Part shown: piece by piece, positions 39,121-51,750 of the stretch
Layout of the letters: the number at the start of each line of letters is the position of its first letter
Position numbering within the stretch: position 1 is the first letter of the stretch
Assembly (NCBI RefSeq): GCF_001194135.2
Contig: NC_068987.1
Location: forward strand, 59,130,318-59,189,060
Reading direction: 5' to 3'
Source: Octopus bimaculoides
Taxonomy: Eukaryota
DNA: 58,743 nt
The notes under the pieces: generated by a model
What the model saw: the letters and a program-made list of their open reading frames with translations, nothing else
The model's database searches: none
Told to the model about the DNA's origin: nothing
Position numbers and translations under genes: made by a program

Positions 39121-39216
39121 TGGGCTTAAACGTGATGGACCACCTGATGCCTGCCGAATTCATGGTTCACTACATGTCAACCGGGTTGCAGGCAATTTTC
39201 ATATTACAGCTGGGAA
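39121..39216 (+). CDS. ERGIC2: ERGIC2 coding exon 5 (GLKRDGPPDACRIHGSLHVNRVAGNFHITAGK), 96 nt
   Basis: Acceptor TTGCAG ends 39120; donor GTAAGT at 39217. ACRIHG.L.VN.VAGNFHIT.G is the hallmark ERGIC/Erv46 lumenal motif. Confidence 0.97.
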
Positions 39217-39530
39217 GTAAGTTAATTTATTACTTTTCATTCATATTATCTCATTCTCTGTCTTTCTCTCTCTTATATTTATATATTCATTCATTTGTAA
39301 TATATACATAGTAATATTATTTACATGACAACAAAATAAGCACAGATTGTAAAACATCTACATTGGCACTACCAAAGGAATGTTCACAGGCACACAACAA
39401 CACATGCATACATTCTGGAATGCAAAGTGAAGAAAGTGTCCCTGTCTCAATGTGTCTGGTAAAGCACAACCACAAGATGGGAAATAATAAACTATGCACT
39501 ATCTTTCACAGTGGTTCTGGACTCTTGACT

Positions 39531-40410
39531 CATCATCGTCATTGTTTAATGTCCACTTTCTATGCTGGCTTGGGTCGGACGGTTTGACTGAGGGCTGGCT
39601 GGCCAGAAGGCTGCACCAGGCTCCAATCTGATCTGGCAGAGTTTCTACAGCTGGATGCCCTTCTTAATGCCAACCACTCTGAGAGTGTAGTGGATGCTTT
39701 TTATGTGCCACTGGCATGAGGGCCAGTCAGGTGGTACATGGCATCGACCACACTTGAATGGTGCTTTTTACTTGCCATCCACATGGGAGCCAGTCAGCTG
39801 GCACTGGCATCGACCACGCTCAAATGGTGCTTTTACGTGCCAATCGGGCAGTACTGTCATGGGCTACGACAACAATTTCACTTGCCTCAACAGGTCTTCG
39901 CAAGCGCAGTTTATTGCCCAATGATTGAAGGGTACTCTTAAATGGCTGGTTGGGCTGCACTGGCATAAGCCACAGTTGTGATCTCACTTGGCTTGCTGGG
40001 TCTTCTCAAGCATATCTCCAAAGGTCTCGGTCATTTGTCATCGCCTCAGTGAGGCCCAACGTTTGAAGGTCATGCTTCACCACCTCATCCCAGGTCTTCC
40101 TGGGTCTACCACAGGACCCCCCTACTGCTAGGGTGTGACACTTTTTTACGCAGCTGTCCTCATCCATATGCAACACATGACTATACCAGCGCAGTCGTCT
40201 CTCTTGCACACCACATCTGATGATTCTTAAGTCCAACTTTTCTCTCATGACTTTTACACTCTGTCGTGTATGCACACTGATATTACACATCCAGTAGAGT
40301 ATACTGGCTTCATTCCTTGCAAGCTTACACATGTCCTCAGCAGTCATGGCCCATGTTTCATTGCCATGTAGCGTGGCTGTTTGCACACATGCGTCATATA
40401 GTCTACCTTT
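39531..40410 (-). mobile_element. RTE-clade LINE 3' fragment with (GAT)n tail
   Basis: ORF 40006-40386: LHGNETW, ERRLRWYSHV, GRPRKTWDEVVKHDL, DRDLWR. The 3' UTR is shared with many short copies in the window. Confidence 0.88.
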
Positions 40411-41711
40411 TACTGAAATTGCATATAGGTGGGAAGGTGAGAAGGAGAATGGAAAAGTAGGTAATAAGTCAGTGGTGAGAATGAAACTGGAAATGCATAG
40501 TTGTTAATGCTTAATTAATAAAAACAAAATTGAAATATTTTTTGGAGAAAAGAAGAATCATTTCTTAAGTCCTGCAGAATATTTAGAGCAAAGTGCAAAG
40601 ATCATTTGTTTCACTTTATGTTTGTGTTCATGTGGAGGACTGTGGTGTTAAGAAACCTCTGTCACTAAGAGCTGATCAGTGGAGTAGCCTGATGAGTTGA
40701 ATGAAATCTGGGCTGGGGGTCTACTCTGATTGTGGTGGGGAAAGCTGTGAAGATGTGTGCAAAATCATTTAAGCAGTACCATGTTTTGCCAGCATACGAT
40801 GCAGTGCAAAGTTTGCATGTAATGCAGTAGTTGTGGTTAGTTGGACTGCAGCTAAGGTTTTGAGCGACAGTTTGCTGTGATATAGGGCTATTTATAGTTA
40901 ATGTGTTTGAGGTGATGGGACGAATGTGGCATCAAGTTTGAGCATTTGAATATACTAGGCTGAGTGTGACTGGATGGAAGCAGTGAACTTTGAGATTAGA
41001 AAGCAGAATTTATGGAGAAGTGTATGTTTTAATGGTCTAGAAAGTGTGATTAGAGCTTGTCTTAGCTGCCTTTACTACTCTGATCTTTGATAGTAAAATC
41101 ACCAGAAGAGGAGGGGGTGAGACATTTGAATGTAAAAACGATTTCAGTTAGAGAGTTGAGGTTGGTCAATCTGGATAGAGGTAAGGAGGGGCAGCGGTCA
41201 AGGAAGTATTTTAAAGCTGAGAAACCATCATTGTGGTGGTGGTGGTGGGGGGTCAAAAGGAAAAAGAAGTTTGGAAAGCCCAGAGAGAAATGAGACATTG
41301 AAGAGGTTTAGAGCATGAGTGGTGTCTTTAATAGGAAATGGTAAGCAGAAACATGAGGTGACAACAGTTTGTTTGAGGTAACAAAGAAAGTGCTTATGGG
41401 AGAGTTGCAAGTGGAGACAAGGAAGTGGTGGCTAGGACTGTTGTGATCTTGATTTTTCCAGAAGAAATAAGTAATGGAAATTTGGGTATGATGACTTCAA
41501 ATGCTCTTGTCCTTTCATTTCAAACTATGACTATATGTATGTGTATGCATATCTATGCAAATATCATATATATATATATATTTATATATTTATTTATAAT
41601 TTAGTCAATTACATAATCTACAAAGTAAAAGTATAAAAAGGACAGGTTGTAGAAAGAACTATGTTGACACTATCAACAGAATGTGTACACATGCTGCACA
41701 CATCCAAACTA

Positions 41712-41888
41712 CCATATTTTAACATGTATAAGGAACCCTTTTTTGTCAAAAATTAGGTTAAAAAAATATGGGAGTTTTTTTATGGATAGTATTATAAGCC
41801 CTTACAAAACCTTTTTTTCCAAATTTTAAGCCTCCAAAATTAGGGGGTTCCTTATATACGAGGGTTCCTTATACATGTTAAAATATGG
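41712..41888. mobile_element. pogo/Tc1-mariner-like MITE with TA TSD; a second copy in opposite orientation at 25837-25998
   Basis: TIR CCATATTTTAACATGTATAAGGAACCC at both ends, with TA at 41710-41711 and 41889-41890. Confidence 0.8.
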
Positions 41889-42860
41889 TATATACGGAAG
41901 AACTGCAGCATTCTTGTCTAAATATATCTGGGAGTTAAAAGTGAACAATATAACTGCAGCCACAAGGTGGGAAATAACAGATGGTGCCACTTGAAAAGTA
42001 CCCACTCCACACTGTAAAGTGGTTTGCATTTGGAATGGCATCCAGCTGTAAAAACCATGCCAAAACTTACCTCTCTTGTGCGAGTGCCATGTAAAAAGCA
42101 TTCAGCCCACTCTACGGAGTGGTTCGTGTTTAGGACGAGCGTCCAGCCATAAAAACCATGCCAAAATAGACACAGAAGCATGGTGCAGGCTCCTGCCTCG
42201 CCAGCTCCTGTCAAACCGTCCAACCCATGCTAGCATGGAAAGAGGACGTTAAACAATAATGATGATGATGATGATGCACCTCATAAATGCATGGTCTAAT
42301 GTCAATATGAAAGCTAAGCTACACTTCTATATAATTACTCAAAAGTTTAGTTGCACTTCTGTCTACCTCATATACCACATTACTTGCAAACTTTCTAATG
42401 CATTATACATAGGTAAAACTATGACAATCACTATCTCTCCTGCACATGCTGAACTTTAGCACTCTCAATCAACCTTTTTTGTAGACACCCAAAAGACTAT
42501 TTTCATTATTCTCATTCAAGTACTCAAACTAAACCTTCTCACCTATGTACAGTGATTCAATATTGTCACTTGTGCACCTACTTGTCAATATAAAATTTTC
42601 ACTATTCTCCACAACTATTTACTATTCTCATTTGTGTACTTTGACCTCATGCAATTATTTTTCACTATTTCTACATGCATATATACTAAACTTTGTCCAA
42701 CACAAAAAGTACTTTTATTTTTTTGTCCTTGTATGTATTCAGTACTTTCTAAACCCCCCAGTTAAAAGATCTTTGTCAGTCTCAAACAAAGAAGCTGGTT
42801 TTGAAATGTGACAATCCTCTTCTTACAGCACAACAGCTTACAAATGTATTCAGAGCAGAT

Positions 42861-43262
42861 GTTGTCGTTGTTGTTGTTGTTGTTGGCACTCCGTCGCTTA
42901 TGACATCGAGGGTTCCAGTTGATCTGATCAATGGAACAGCCTGCTCGTGAAATTAACGTGCAAGTGGCTGAGCACTCCACAGACACGTGTACCCTTAACG
43001 TAGTTCTCGGGGATATTCAGCGTGACACAGTGTGACAAGGCTGACCCTTTGAATTACAGGCACAACAGAAACAGGAAGTAAGAGTGAGAGAAAGTTGTGG
43101 TGGAAGAGTACAGCAGGGTTTGCCACCATCCTCTGCCAGAGCCTCGTGGAGCTTTAGGTGTTTTCGCTGAATAAACATTAACAACGCCCAGTCTGGGAAT
43201 TGAAACCGCGATCCTATGACCGCAAGTCCGCTGCCCTAACCACTGGGCCATTGCGCCTCCAC
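42861..43262 (-). mobile_element. Same SINE family, 13-bp TSD ATTCAGAGCAGAT
   Basis: Near-identical to 34263-34645 in reverse; TSD at 42848-42860 and 43263-43275. Confidence 0.9.
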
Positions 43263-43938
43263 ATTCAGAGCAGATATAACTTGATAATCAAAATCATGAT
43301 ACACATACACATACATACATATATTCATATACACACAAACATGTGTGTGCATATGTATGTATGTATGTATGTATGTATATTTTATTAAACTTGACCAATA
43401 TTTTTCAAGCAATGAACAATTTTCATCAAAACAACAATATAATTTGTCGACTTGGAAATTATTGCAAAGCTGCATGATAAACATTTTTTGTCTTCCCATT
43501 CAGAGATCAGTACAATTCTTTTTTATGTCTAACCTCTTTCTTTCTCTCTCTCTTTCTGTTGATTGTTTTCAGCCATCACCACTAGTGTCACCATCATCAC
43601 CACCACAACTGCCATACACACACCATTCAGACTACTGACACCACCACCATCAATACCTTTGACTTTGCTGCCTTCCCCTCCTCCACCATCACCATTGTTT
43701 TTAATCACATCACTTACTATCACCGTCATCCCTGACCACCAGCACCATCATCACCGTTGCCCCCGCCTCTATCACAACTACAGCTCACACTATTACTATC
43801 ATCCTATTACCATCACAACTGTCAACCTACTACTGCCCTCACTGTCTCTACGCCTACTATTACATTCACCCCAGCAGGAGGAATAGTAGAGGGGGTCAAA
43901 GTGTGACACACTGACACACAGAAATTTGTTTTGGCATT

Positions 43939-43973
<35 letters not shown>

Positions 43974-44503
43974 ATAACTTGCCTGATGACCTCGAGAATG
44001 CACAGACAAAACTCAATTGTAGTAAGAGACTGACTTGACCAAGCTAAACATTCTTTTCTACTCTGGGCACAAGGCCTGAAATTTTGGGGGAGGGGGCCAG
44101 TCAATTAGATCAACCCTAGTACACAACTGGTACTTAATTTATCGACGCCTGAAAGGATGAAAGACAAAGTCAACCTCGGCGGAATTTGAACTCGGAACAT
44201 AAAGCATTTTGCCTGGCTTGCTAACATTTCTGCCAGCTCACTGCCTTACAAAGTATCAATATATTAACCTCTAATCTGGTAGGGAGTACTCTTCCTTTGG
44301 AATGTTAACACTAAAAGTATATATATATAAATATATATATATATAAAGTGAAGTATATTTGCCACTTAAATGTGGCTGACCCCGGGGGGTGGATGTTACT
44401 GTTGCTTTTAGCCCCAGGAGGACATCTCCTCCAGCTGGCTATCGACACACATTTGTGTCCTGTCTGTATATGCCAAGGGAAGTTATCTTTCCCATCTTGA
44501 TCT

Positions 44504-44562
44504 ACGATACGTACGTACTCGAGTTTCAGGGTTATTTCCCTTCTTCAGCGTACGACAATCGC
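44504..44562 (-). ncRNA. Type I hammerhead ribozyme, retrozyme unit 1
   Basis: The - strand reads GCGAU-UGU-CGUACG CUGAAGA AGGG-AAAUAA-CCCU GAAA C-UCGA-G UA CGUACG-U-AUCGU. The catalytic core is complete, stem II is 4 perfect bp, stem III has a palindromic UCGA loop, the triplet is GUA, and stem I is 6 bp plus a 5-bp distal helix. Confidence 0.9.
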
Positions 44563-44854
44563 CGACCTTCGATTCAAAAGATAATTCTTGGCAAATATAT
44601 ATAACTTTTTCCAGTGAAATTATTCACTGATATCGAAAAAGTGAAAACAAGCAATGTTAAATTTCTGAACGAGGTATTAACAGTAACTGCACAATAAAGT
44701 GAAGTATATTTGCCACTTAAATGTGGCTGACCCCGAGTGGTGGATGTTACTGTTGCTTTTAGCCCCAGGAGGACATCTCCTCCAGCTGGCTATCGACACA
44801 CATCTGTGTCCCATCTGTATTTGCCAAGGGAAGTTATCTTTCCCATCTTGATCT

Positions 44855-44913
44855 ACGATACGTACGTACTCAAGTTTCAGGGTTATTTCCCTTCTTCAGC
44901 GTACGACAATCAC
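44855..44913 (-). ncRNA. Type I hammerhead ribozyme, retrozyme unit 2
   Basis: Same motif exactly 351 bp downstream. It differs only by loop III UUGA instead of UCGA and a U.G wobble in distal stem I; the core is intact. Confidence 0.87.
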
Positions 44914-45610
44914 CGACCTTCGATGCAAAAGATAATTCTTGGCAAATATATATAANNNNNNNNNNNNNNNNNNNNNNNNNNNNNNNNNNNNNNNNNNNNN
45001 NNNNNNNNNNNNNNNNNNNNNNNNNNNNNNNNNNNNNNNNNNNNNNNNNNNNNNNNNNNNNNNNNNNNNNNNNNNNNNNNNNNNNNNNNNNNNNNNNNNN
45101 NNNNNNNNNNNNNNNNNNNNNNNNNNNNNNNNNNNNNNNNNNNNNNNNNNNNNNNNNNNNNNNNNNNNNNNNNNNNNNNNNNNNNNNNNNNNNNNNNNNN
45201 NNNNNNNNNNNNNNNNNNNNNNNNNNNNNNNNNNNNNNNNNNNNNNNNNNNNNNNNNNNNNNNNNNNNNNNNNNNNNNNNNNNNNNNNNNNNNNNNNNNN
45301 NNNNNNNNNNNNNNNNNNNNNNNNNNNNNNNNNNNNNNNNNNNNNNNNNNNNNNNNNNNNNNNNNNNNNNNNNNNNNNNNNNNNNNNNNNNNNNNNNNNN
45401 NNNNNNNNNNNNNNNNNNNNNNNNNNNNNNNNNNNNNNNNNNNNNNNNNNNNNNNNNNNNNNNNNNNNNNNNNNNNNNNNNNNNNNNNNNNNNNNNNNNN
45501 NNNNNNNNNNNNNNNNNNNNNNNNNNNNNNNNNNNNNNNNNNNNNNNNNNNNNNNNNNNNNNNNNNNNNNNNNNNNNNNNNNNNNNNNNNNNNNNNNNNN
45601 NNNNNNNNNN

Positions 45611-45659
<49 letters not shown>

Positions 45660-45885
45660 TATACACACTTGAGTGCATAAGTGCGAAGTGAAGTGGAGAA
45701 AATAGAACTCAAATACCAAAGGTAGAGTAAAGTACAATGCCTTATTGAAGTTGAAAACTTCCACAAACTAATTCAGACAGAAAGGAATTTTTGAAAGTTG
45801 ACAACTGTTTATAAAACATTGTATTGTTCTAAAAGTTGACCTGATGGTCAGTTATGTGAAACTCTGAGTAACAGTTTGTGATATA

Positions 45886-46810
45886 TTTAACGTCCACTTT
45901 TCATGCTGACATTGGTTAGATGGTTTGAACGAAACTGGTAAGCTGGAGAGGTGCACCAGGTTCCAATCTGATTTGACATGGTTTCTACGGCTGAATGTCC
46001 TTCCTAATGCCAACCACTCCGAGAGTGTAGTGGGTGCTTTTTATATGCCACTGGCACAGGTACCATTTACATTATACTGGCAACAGCCACATCTACGATT
46101 TCACAAGTACCATTTACATGACATTGACAATGGTCACAACTATGATTTCACTTTGCTTGACAAGTCTTCTTAACTACAGCATATCGCCAAGGTCTTGGTC
46201 ACTTGCCATCACCTCATCACCTCCATGAGACTCAACATTTGAAGATCATGGTACCAGCAATGGCCACAATTACAATTTCATGGGTGCTATTTACATGACA
46301 CCAGCAAAGGCCATGACTTCAATTTTACTTGGCTTGATGGGTCTTCTCAAGCACAGCATATCACCAAAGGTCTCTGTCACTAGTCATCACCTCCGTGAGG
46401 TCCATTTGAAGATCATGCTTCACCACCTTGTCCCATGTTTTTCTGAGTCTACCTCTTCCACAGTTAGAGATCGGCACTTCTTTACACAGCTGTCCTCATC
46501 TATTTGCTTCACATGACTATACCAGTGCATTCGTCTCTCTTGCACACTACATTTGATGCCTCTTATGCCCAGTTTTTCTCTCAAGACACTTATGCTCTGT
46601 CACTCCTGCACACTGACATTGCACATCCAACAAAGCATACTAGTTTCATTTCTTTGAAGCTTTTGCATGTCCTCTGCAGTCACAGGCCATGTTTCTCTGC
46701 CATGGAGCATGGCTGTTCGCACACAGGTAGCAAACAGTCTACATTTCATTCTGAAGGAGGGGCTCTTTGTTACTAACAGAGGCAGAAACTCTCTGAACTT
46801 TGCCCAGCCT
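45886..46810 (-). mobile_element. RTE-clade LINE 3' fragment (decayed)
   Basis: Homologous by eye to 39531-40410 (e.g. ACACAGCTGTCCTCATC, GTCTCTCTTGCACAC). Confidence 0.78.
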
Positions 46811-47805
46811 AAATGAAAAATAGAAAACTGTTAATTAAGAGTTTTGGCGACCTGAACATTGTACAACTTGTTACTTCAATAATATTACTTGTATCTGTCT
46901 ATGTGAAGTTGCTTGTGTGTGTGCGATACCTGTTGTACAACAATCTTTTGTGTTCATGTTTTGTCCACTGAATGGAATTGTGGAACAATTTTACGATAAT
47001 TTTGTTCACAGCAGTGTTGCCATTCAGATGTTAATTTCAATGCCATCTGTTGGCTCTGAACTACATTACGTCTGTTGTTTGTATTATACATTTCGAAGTA
47101 ATTGGATAATCAGTCTACTTGTTCAGTGTTGTGTGTCTTTGGTAGAATCAAAATTCTGTTCAATCCCTCTCTCTCTCTCTCTCTCTACTCTCCCCCTCTA
47201 TACCTTCACTCTCTATTTTCCCCCCTTTTCTTTCTTTTTCTATAGTTTTCACTCTCTTGCTTTCTACTTTGTCTCTGCATTTTATCTCTCTACTCTCTTT
47301 CTCCCTGTACTCTTGTCTTTGTCTCTATTCTTTCACTCTCTCTACTCTCTTCTTATTCTCTCTCTCAACACCCCTTTCTTCCTCTTTTTTACTCTCCTAG
47401 TATCCCCCTTTCTCTGTCAAGTAATGAACCTTTTATGATTTTACTTGCAAGTAATAAACCTCCCCCATCTCTCATTTTCATAATTTGCTTCTCTGTATCC
47501 ATTGATGGATGTAAGTTTGGGAACTAAGTTCACAATCTAAGATTTATGCTTGGGGTTTACATGGGGATGGCCTGTAGGAGTTATATTGGTGATATATAAT
47601 CTACATTAGATACATAGACACATGTCACATGTATACATACACACAGGTGTATGTGTACTCACAAAATACATAATTGGTATTTTAGGCTTTGTATAACTTA
47701 TAACTTAACATGTGTTTCTACAAGTCAATTGTCATTATTAATTATTCTGTTAGCTTGTTGGCTCTATTATGTAATGTAGTCAACTCACTTCCTCAGTATT
47801 ATCAG

Positions 47806-47844
<39 letters not shown>

Positions 47845-50800
47845 NNNNNNNNNNNNNNNNNNNNNNNNNNNNNNNNNNNNNNNNNNNNNNNNNNNNNNNN
47901 NNNNNNNNNNNNNNNNNNNNNNNNNNNNNNNNNNNNNNNNNNNNNNNNNNNNNNNNNNNNNNNNNNNNNNNNNNNNNNNNNNNNNNNNNNNNNNNNNNNN
48001 NNNNNNNNNNNNNNNNNNNNNNNNNNNNNNNNNNNNNNNNNNNNNNNNNNNNNNNNNNNNNNNNNNNNNNNNNNNNNNNNNNNNNNNNNNNNNNNNNNNN
48101 NNNNNNNNNNNNNNNNNNNNNNNNNNNNNNNNNNNNNNNNNNNNNNNNNNNNNNNNNNNNNNNNNNNNNNNNNNNNNNNNNNNNNNNNNNNNNNNNNATA
48201 TATATCATCATCATCGTTTAACGTCCGTTTTCCATGCTAGCATGGGTTGGACGATTTGACTGAGGTCTGGTGAAACCGGATGGCTACACCAGGCTCCAAT
48301 CTGATTTGGCAGAGTTTCTACAGTTGGATGCCCTTCCTAACGCCAACCACTCTGAGAGTGTAGTGGGTGCTTTTATGTGCCACCTGCATGAGGCCAGTCA
48401 GGCGGTACTGGCAACGATCACGTTCAAATGGTGTATTTTATGTGCCACCAGCACAAGAGCCAGTCCAGGGGCACTGGCAATGATCTTGCTCGAAAGTCCA
48501 TTACACATGCCACGTGCACAAGTGCCAGAAAGGCGATGCTGGGCACAGGTGCCATCCCGATTTCGCTATATATATATATGATGGACTCTCCTGTCATTAA
48601 ACGCCAGAAAGGTTTTGACAACTTCTTACCGAACAAGCACACAGTTGATTCGTTTATAGTCATCAAATGTTTATGTAGACATAAGCTCACTCCCTTCATC
48701 AGATTGATATTACCTGTACAGGTGCAACGGGTGCCACATGTCAGATGTCGAAATGATTGCAGAGCAACATGAAATGAAGTGCTTTGCTCAAGAGCTCAAC
48801 ACAACGCAACACATGGTCTGGGAATCAAACCTGTTTGTCATTTATTCAGTATATCTTCTGCTTTTAAAAAGTCATGTCCTCACATATTTTCCAGGGTCTC
48901 ATTTTGATAGAGAAAACCTTATTCTACTGTAGACACTGTACTTACAACTGTTAGTAACAGCTAAAAATTGCGTTACCTTTATATTTCTTAATTTCCCTGT
49001 ACACCCTGATGTATAACCCACCATGTTCCCAAACTGTTCTGCCATTTGTTTAAATCATTATTCTCAAAGATAGAAAGTTAACTGTTTTTGAGGGGTGATG
49101 GGGATATTGCTAATACCTAAATATTTTGCCTAGTTCACTTTTTACATTTATTGTTGAATTATCTGCTTATATTCACCTCCATGTAACTTGAGGATACAAC
49201 CCCAACATATCTTCTAATGCATCTTCTCTCCCTTCCAAATGGGGTTGCCATGTATCACTTCTACAGCAAAACATTTGTTTTTGTCCCTCTAGCATACCTT
49301 AACTTCTCATCACCTGACACAAAACTACCTTCCTTAATACTACTCGCCTTCTCAATTAAGGGGTCTCAACTTGCAAGTTACTTGGTGACTTCGCTGGTGC
49401 TACATGAAAAAGCACCCAGTACACTGTGTAAAGTGTTCAGCATTAGAAAGGGCATCCAACTGTAGAAACCATGCCAAATCAGACAGTAGAAGCTCAGTGC
49501 AGTTTTCTGGCTCACCAGTTCCTGTGAAACTGTCCAGTCCATGTCAGCATGAAACACACATTAAATAGTGAGGATGATGGTGTTAAAAGTTGTCATAAAT
49601 TCAGAGAACTTGGATTTCTTAATTTTTATCAAGATCTTCAAAAACTTTGCTTACATTGTAGCAGGTACTTTACCATTCCTCAAATTCACACTGTAAGATG
49701 TCTGGCTTGTTACCTTTCTGCACTTGAGCATTATATGTTTTTGGTGACACTATTTAACAATCAAGAACCATAATAGTTCATTTAATTTCTTCTGTATGCT
49801 TTACTAGGTGTACAAATTCAATTTAAGTGCGAGTTCAGATTAACTTTCCTAAACTGTGCTTCAATAAGAGCAAATTATACTGTAAAGAGGTTGGCATTTG
49901 GAAGGGCATCCAACTATAAAAACCTTGCCAATATCAACCTCTCCTGTGCTTGTGCCATGCAGAAAGCATTCTGTCAACAGTCCACTTTGCTGGGTGGTTG
50001 GTGTTTGTAAGGGCATCCAGCCATAACAACCATGCCAAAACAGACACAAAAGTATGGTACAGGTTCATGCCTGGCCAGTTCCAGTCAAACCAAATAACTC
50101 ATGCCAGCATGGAAAGTGGATGTTAAACAATGATGATGATGATAAATGACTCTTAAGATGTTTCTCTGCCCTTTATACTTTACTCTTTCTGCATTGAGTC
50201 TTGAAGCATGACAGATCACTTAACCAAAATGTTTCCAAGTAACTTTTAAAAGATTGCTTTTACAGTTTGGCAAGATGAAGCAGCCTAAATCACATTGGAA
50301 ATATGCTCAATGTCCATCAGTTGATTATGAAGAACTGCTGCCCCTGCTATTAACTCATTTTGATTCTTTAGAGACTTATAAGGCACCTAATTTATCAGAA
50401 AATATCTGAAGATAATTTGAACCTACAACTCTGTTTACAGTATCACTGCATTAATTTCAAGCCAGTGGTTAACACAGTGGCATACTAAAAAATAAAAAAT
50501 AGTTTTGTGGCCCTCATTTTCATCCTAACATTATTTGATGCTCCATCAAGGGTAAAGACCCACTTTGGTCATGAATGAGCATGAGATACACCTAGAAAGT
50601 TCCCCTCTGAGGCACAAGTCTGGGCAAGATTGTTTATGGAAGACCAGCAGTTGCCCATTCATACCAGCCTCCCCTCTCCATGCCACTGATGTCATCCAAG
50701 GTAAAAGCAAAGGCCGACACAGCTTGGCACCAGTAACATCACAACTCATTTCTGTAGCTGAATGAACTGGAGCTACATGATCTAAAGTGTCTTGTTCGAA

Positions 50801-51750
50801 AATACAACACGGAGCCTGGTCTGAGAATTGAACTCACTACCTCATGATTGTGAGCCTGACACTCTAACTACTGAGCCAGGTTCTGCTCTGAATAATCACC
50901 ACTTTGTAATTAAGATATAATGATTGAAGAAGATGTAGAATAGTAGAACAGTACCTCTCTCATTGCTTCTGCTATTACCAGTAAACTCACTGATACTGAT
51001 GCAAGTATCTCATTTTGGCAGAGATAAGGCCTGGCAGGAGGTCATGGCTCATGAACCGCTGGAATTCTTTAATATCTTATTCATCTTCTGAGCTGCTCCA
51101 TTGTGAAATACATTCTGATATTACTCATGGCATTAAAGGCAGTGAGCTGGCATACATCACTTATGGCATTTGAGTATCTAACATATCAAGCAATACTGAA
51201 TATTTGCAAAGCAGTAGGATGTTAGAATAATGATAACTAGTAAAATATAAGTGACACCTTCATTCCTCCCTCCCTCTCTCTCTCCTAAATGCATTGAACT
51301 TCAAAAATATGAACTTACAGGGCCACACTCAATGTGATTTCACATCACCGTACTTCATTCTTCTCAAAGTCACTCTAGAACTACTCCTATTTTCCCCTGC
51401 TTTTAATTAATTAACAAAATACTGAACCACTCTTATTGCAAATTAATCTAAATTTGGTGTTTTGTTATGAGAACCAAATGAAATTTGCATGCATAATTAT
51501 AAAAGATAAATAAGTTAATTTTTATTGGAAGAAACTTGACAAAAGATAGCTAATAATAGCTTGTCTTCATTGGCAGTTACCCCCCGCTCTCTCTCTCTCA
51601 AAATTTAGAAATTAAGATTCAGCTATTATGCCTACACCTGCCTCTGTTTCTGTCACTGTTGCTGTTCAAGTTATTATTTACTGTCTCACTTATGTTCCTA
51701 TCTAAGTCTATTTTCTACTAATATACTTCTTTTGTTTAGCTAATGTAAAT

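Larger units (their letters stand above)
44344..44955 (-). mobile_element. 351-bp tandem repeat carrying HHRs (non-LTR retrozyme-like array), running into an N gap
   Basis: TAAAGTGAAGTATATTTGCCAC starts at 44344 and again at 44695 (period 351). The second unit is truncated by the gap at 44956. Each unit has one HHR and several hairpins. Confidence 0.82.

Noticed and set aside
43529-43886. His/Thr/Pro-rich ORFs
   Set aside because: Degenerate (CAC/CAT)n low-complexity sequence.
44344-44955. Tandem repeat as a CRISPR array or plain satellite; ORFs 44389-44604 and 44737-44955 as genes
   Set aside because: The context is eukaryotic with no repeat-spacer structure. The ORFs are incidental frames of the repeat unit, and the ribozyme on the opposite strand explains the sequence better.
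2896-48240. Long ORF-track entries rich in X or in dipeptide repeats (YI, LS, CV, HT)
   Set aside because: They are artefacts of N gaps and microsatellites, with no homology or splice support.
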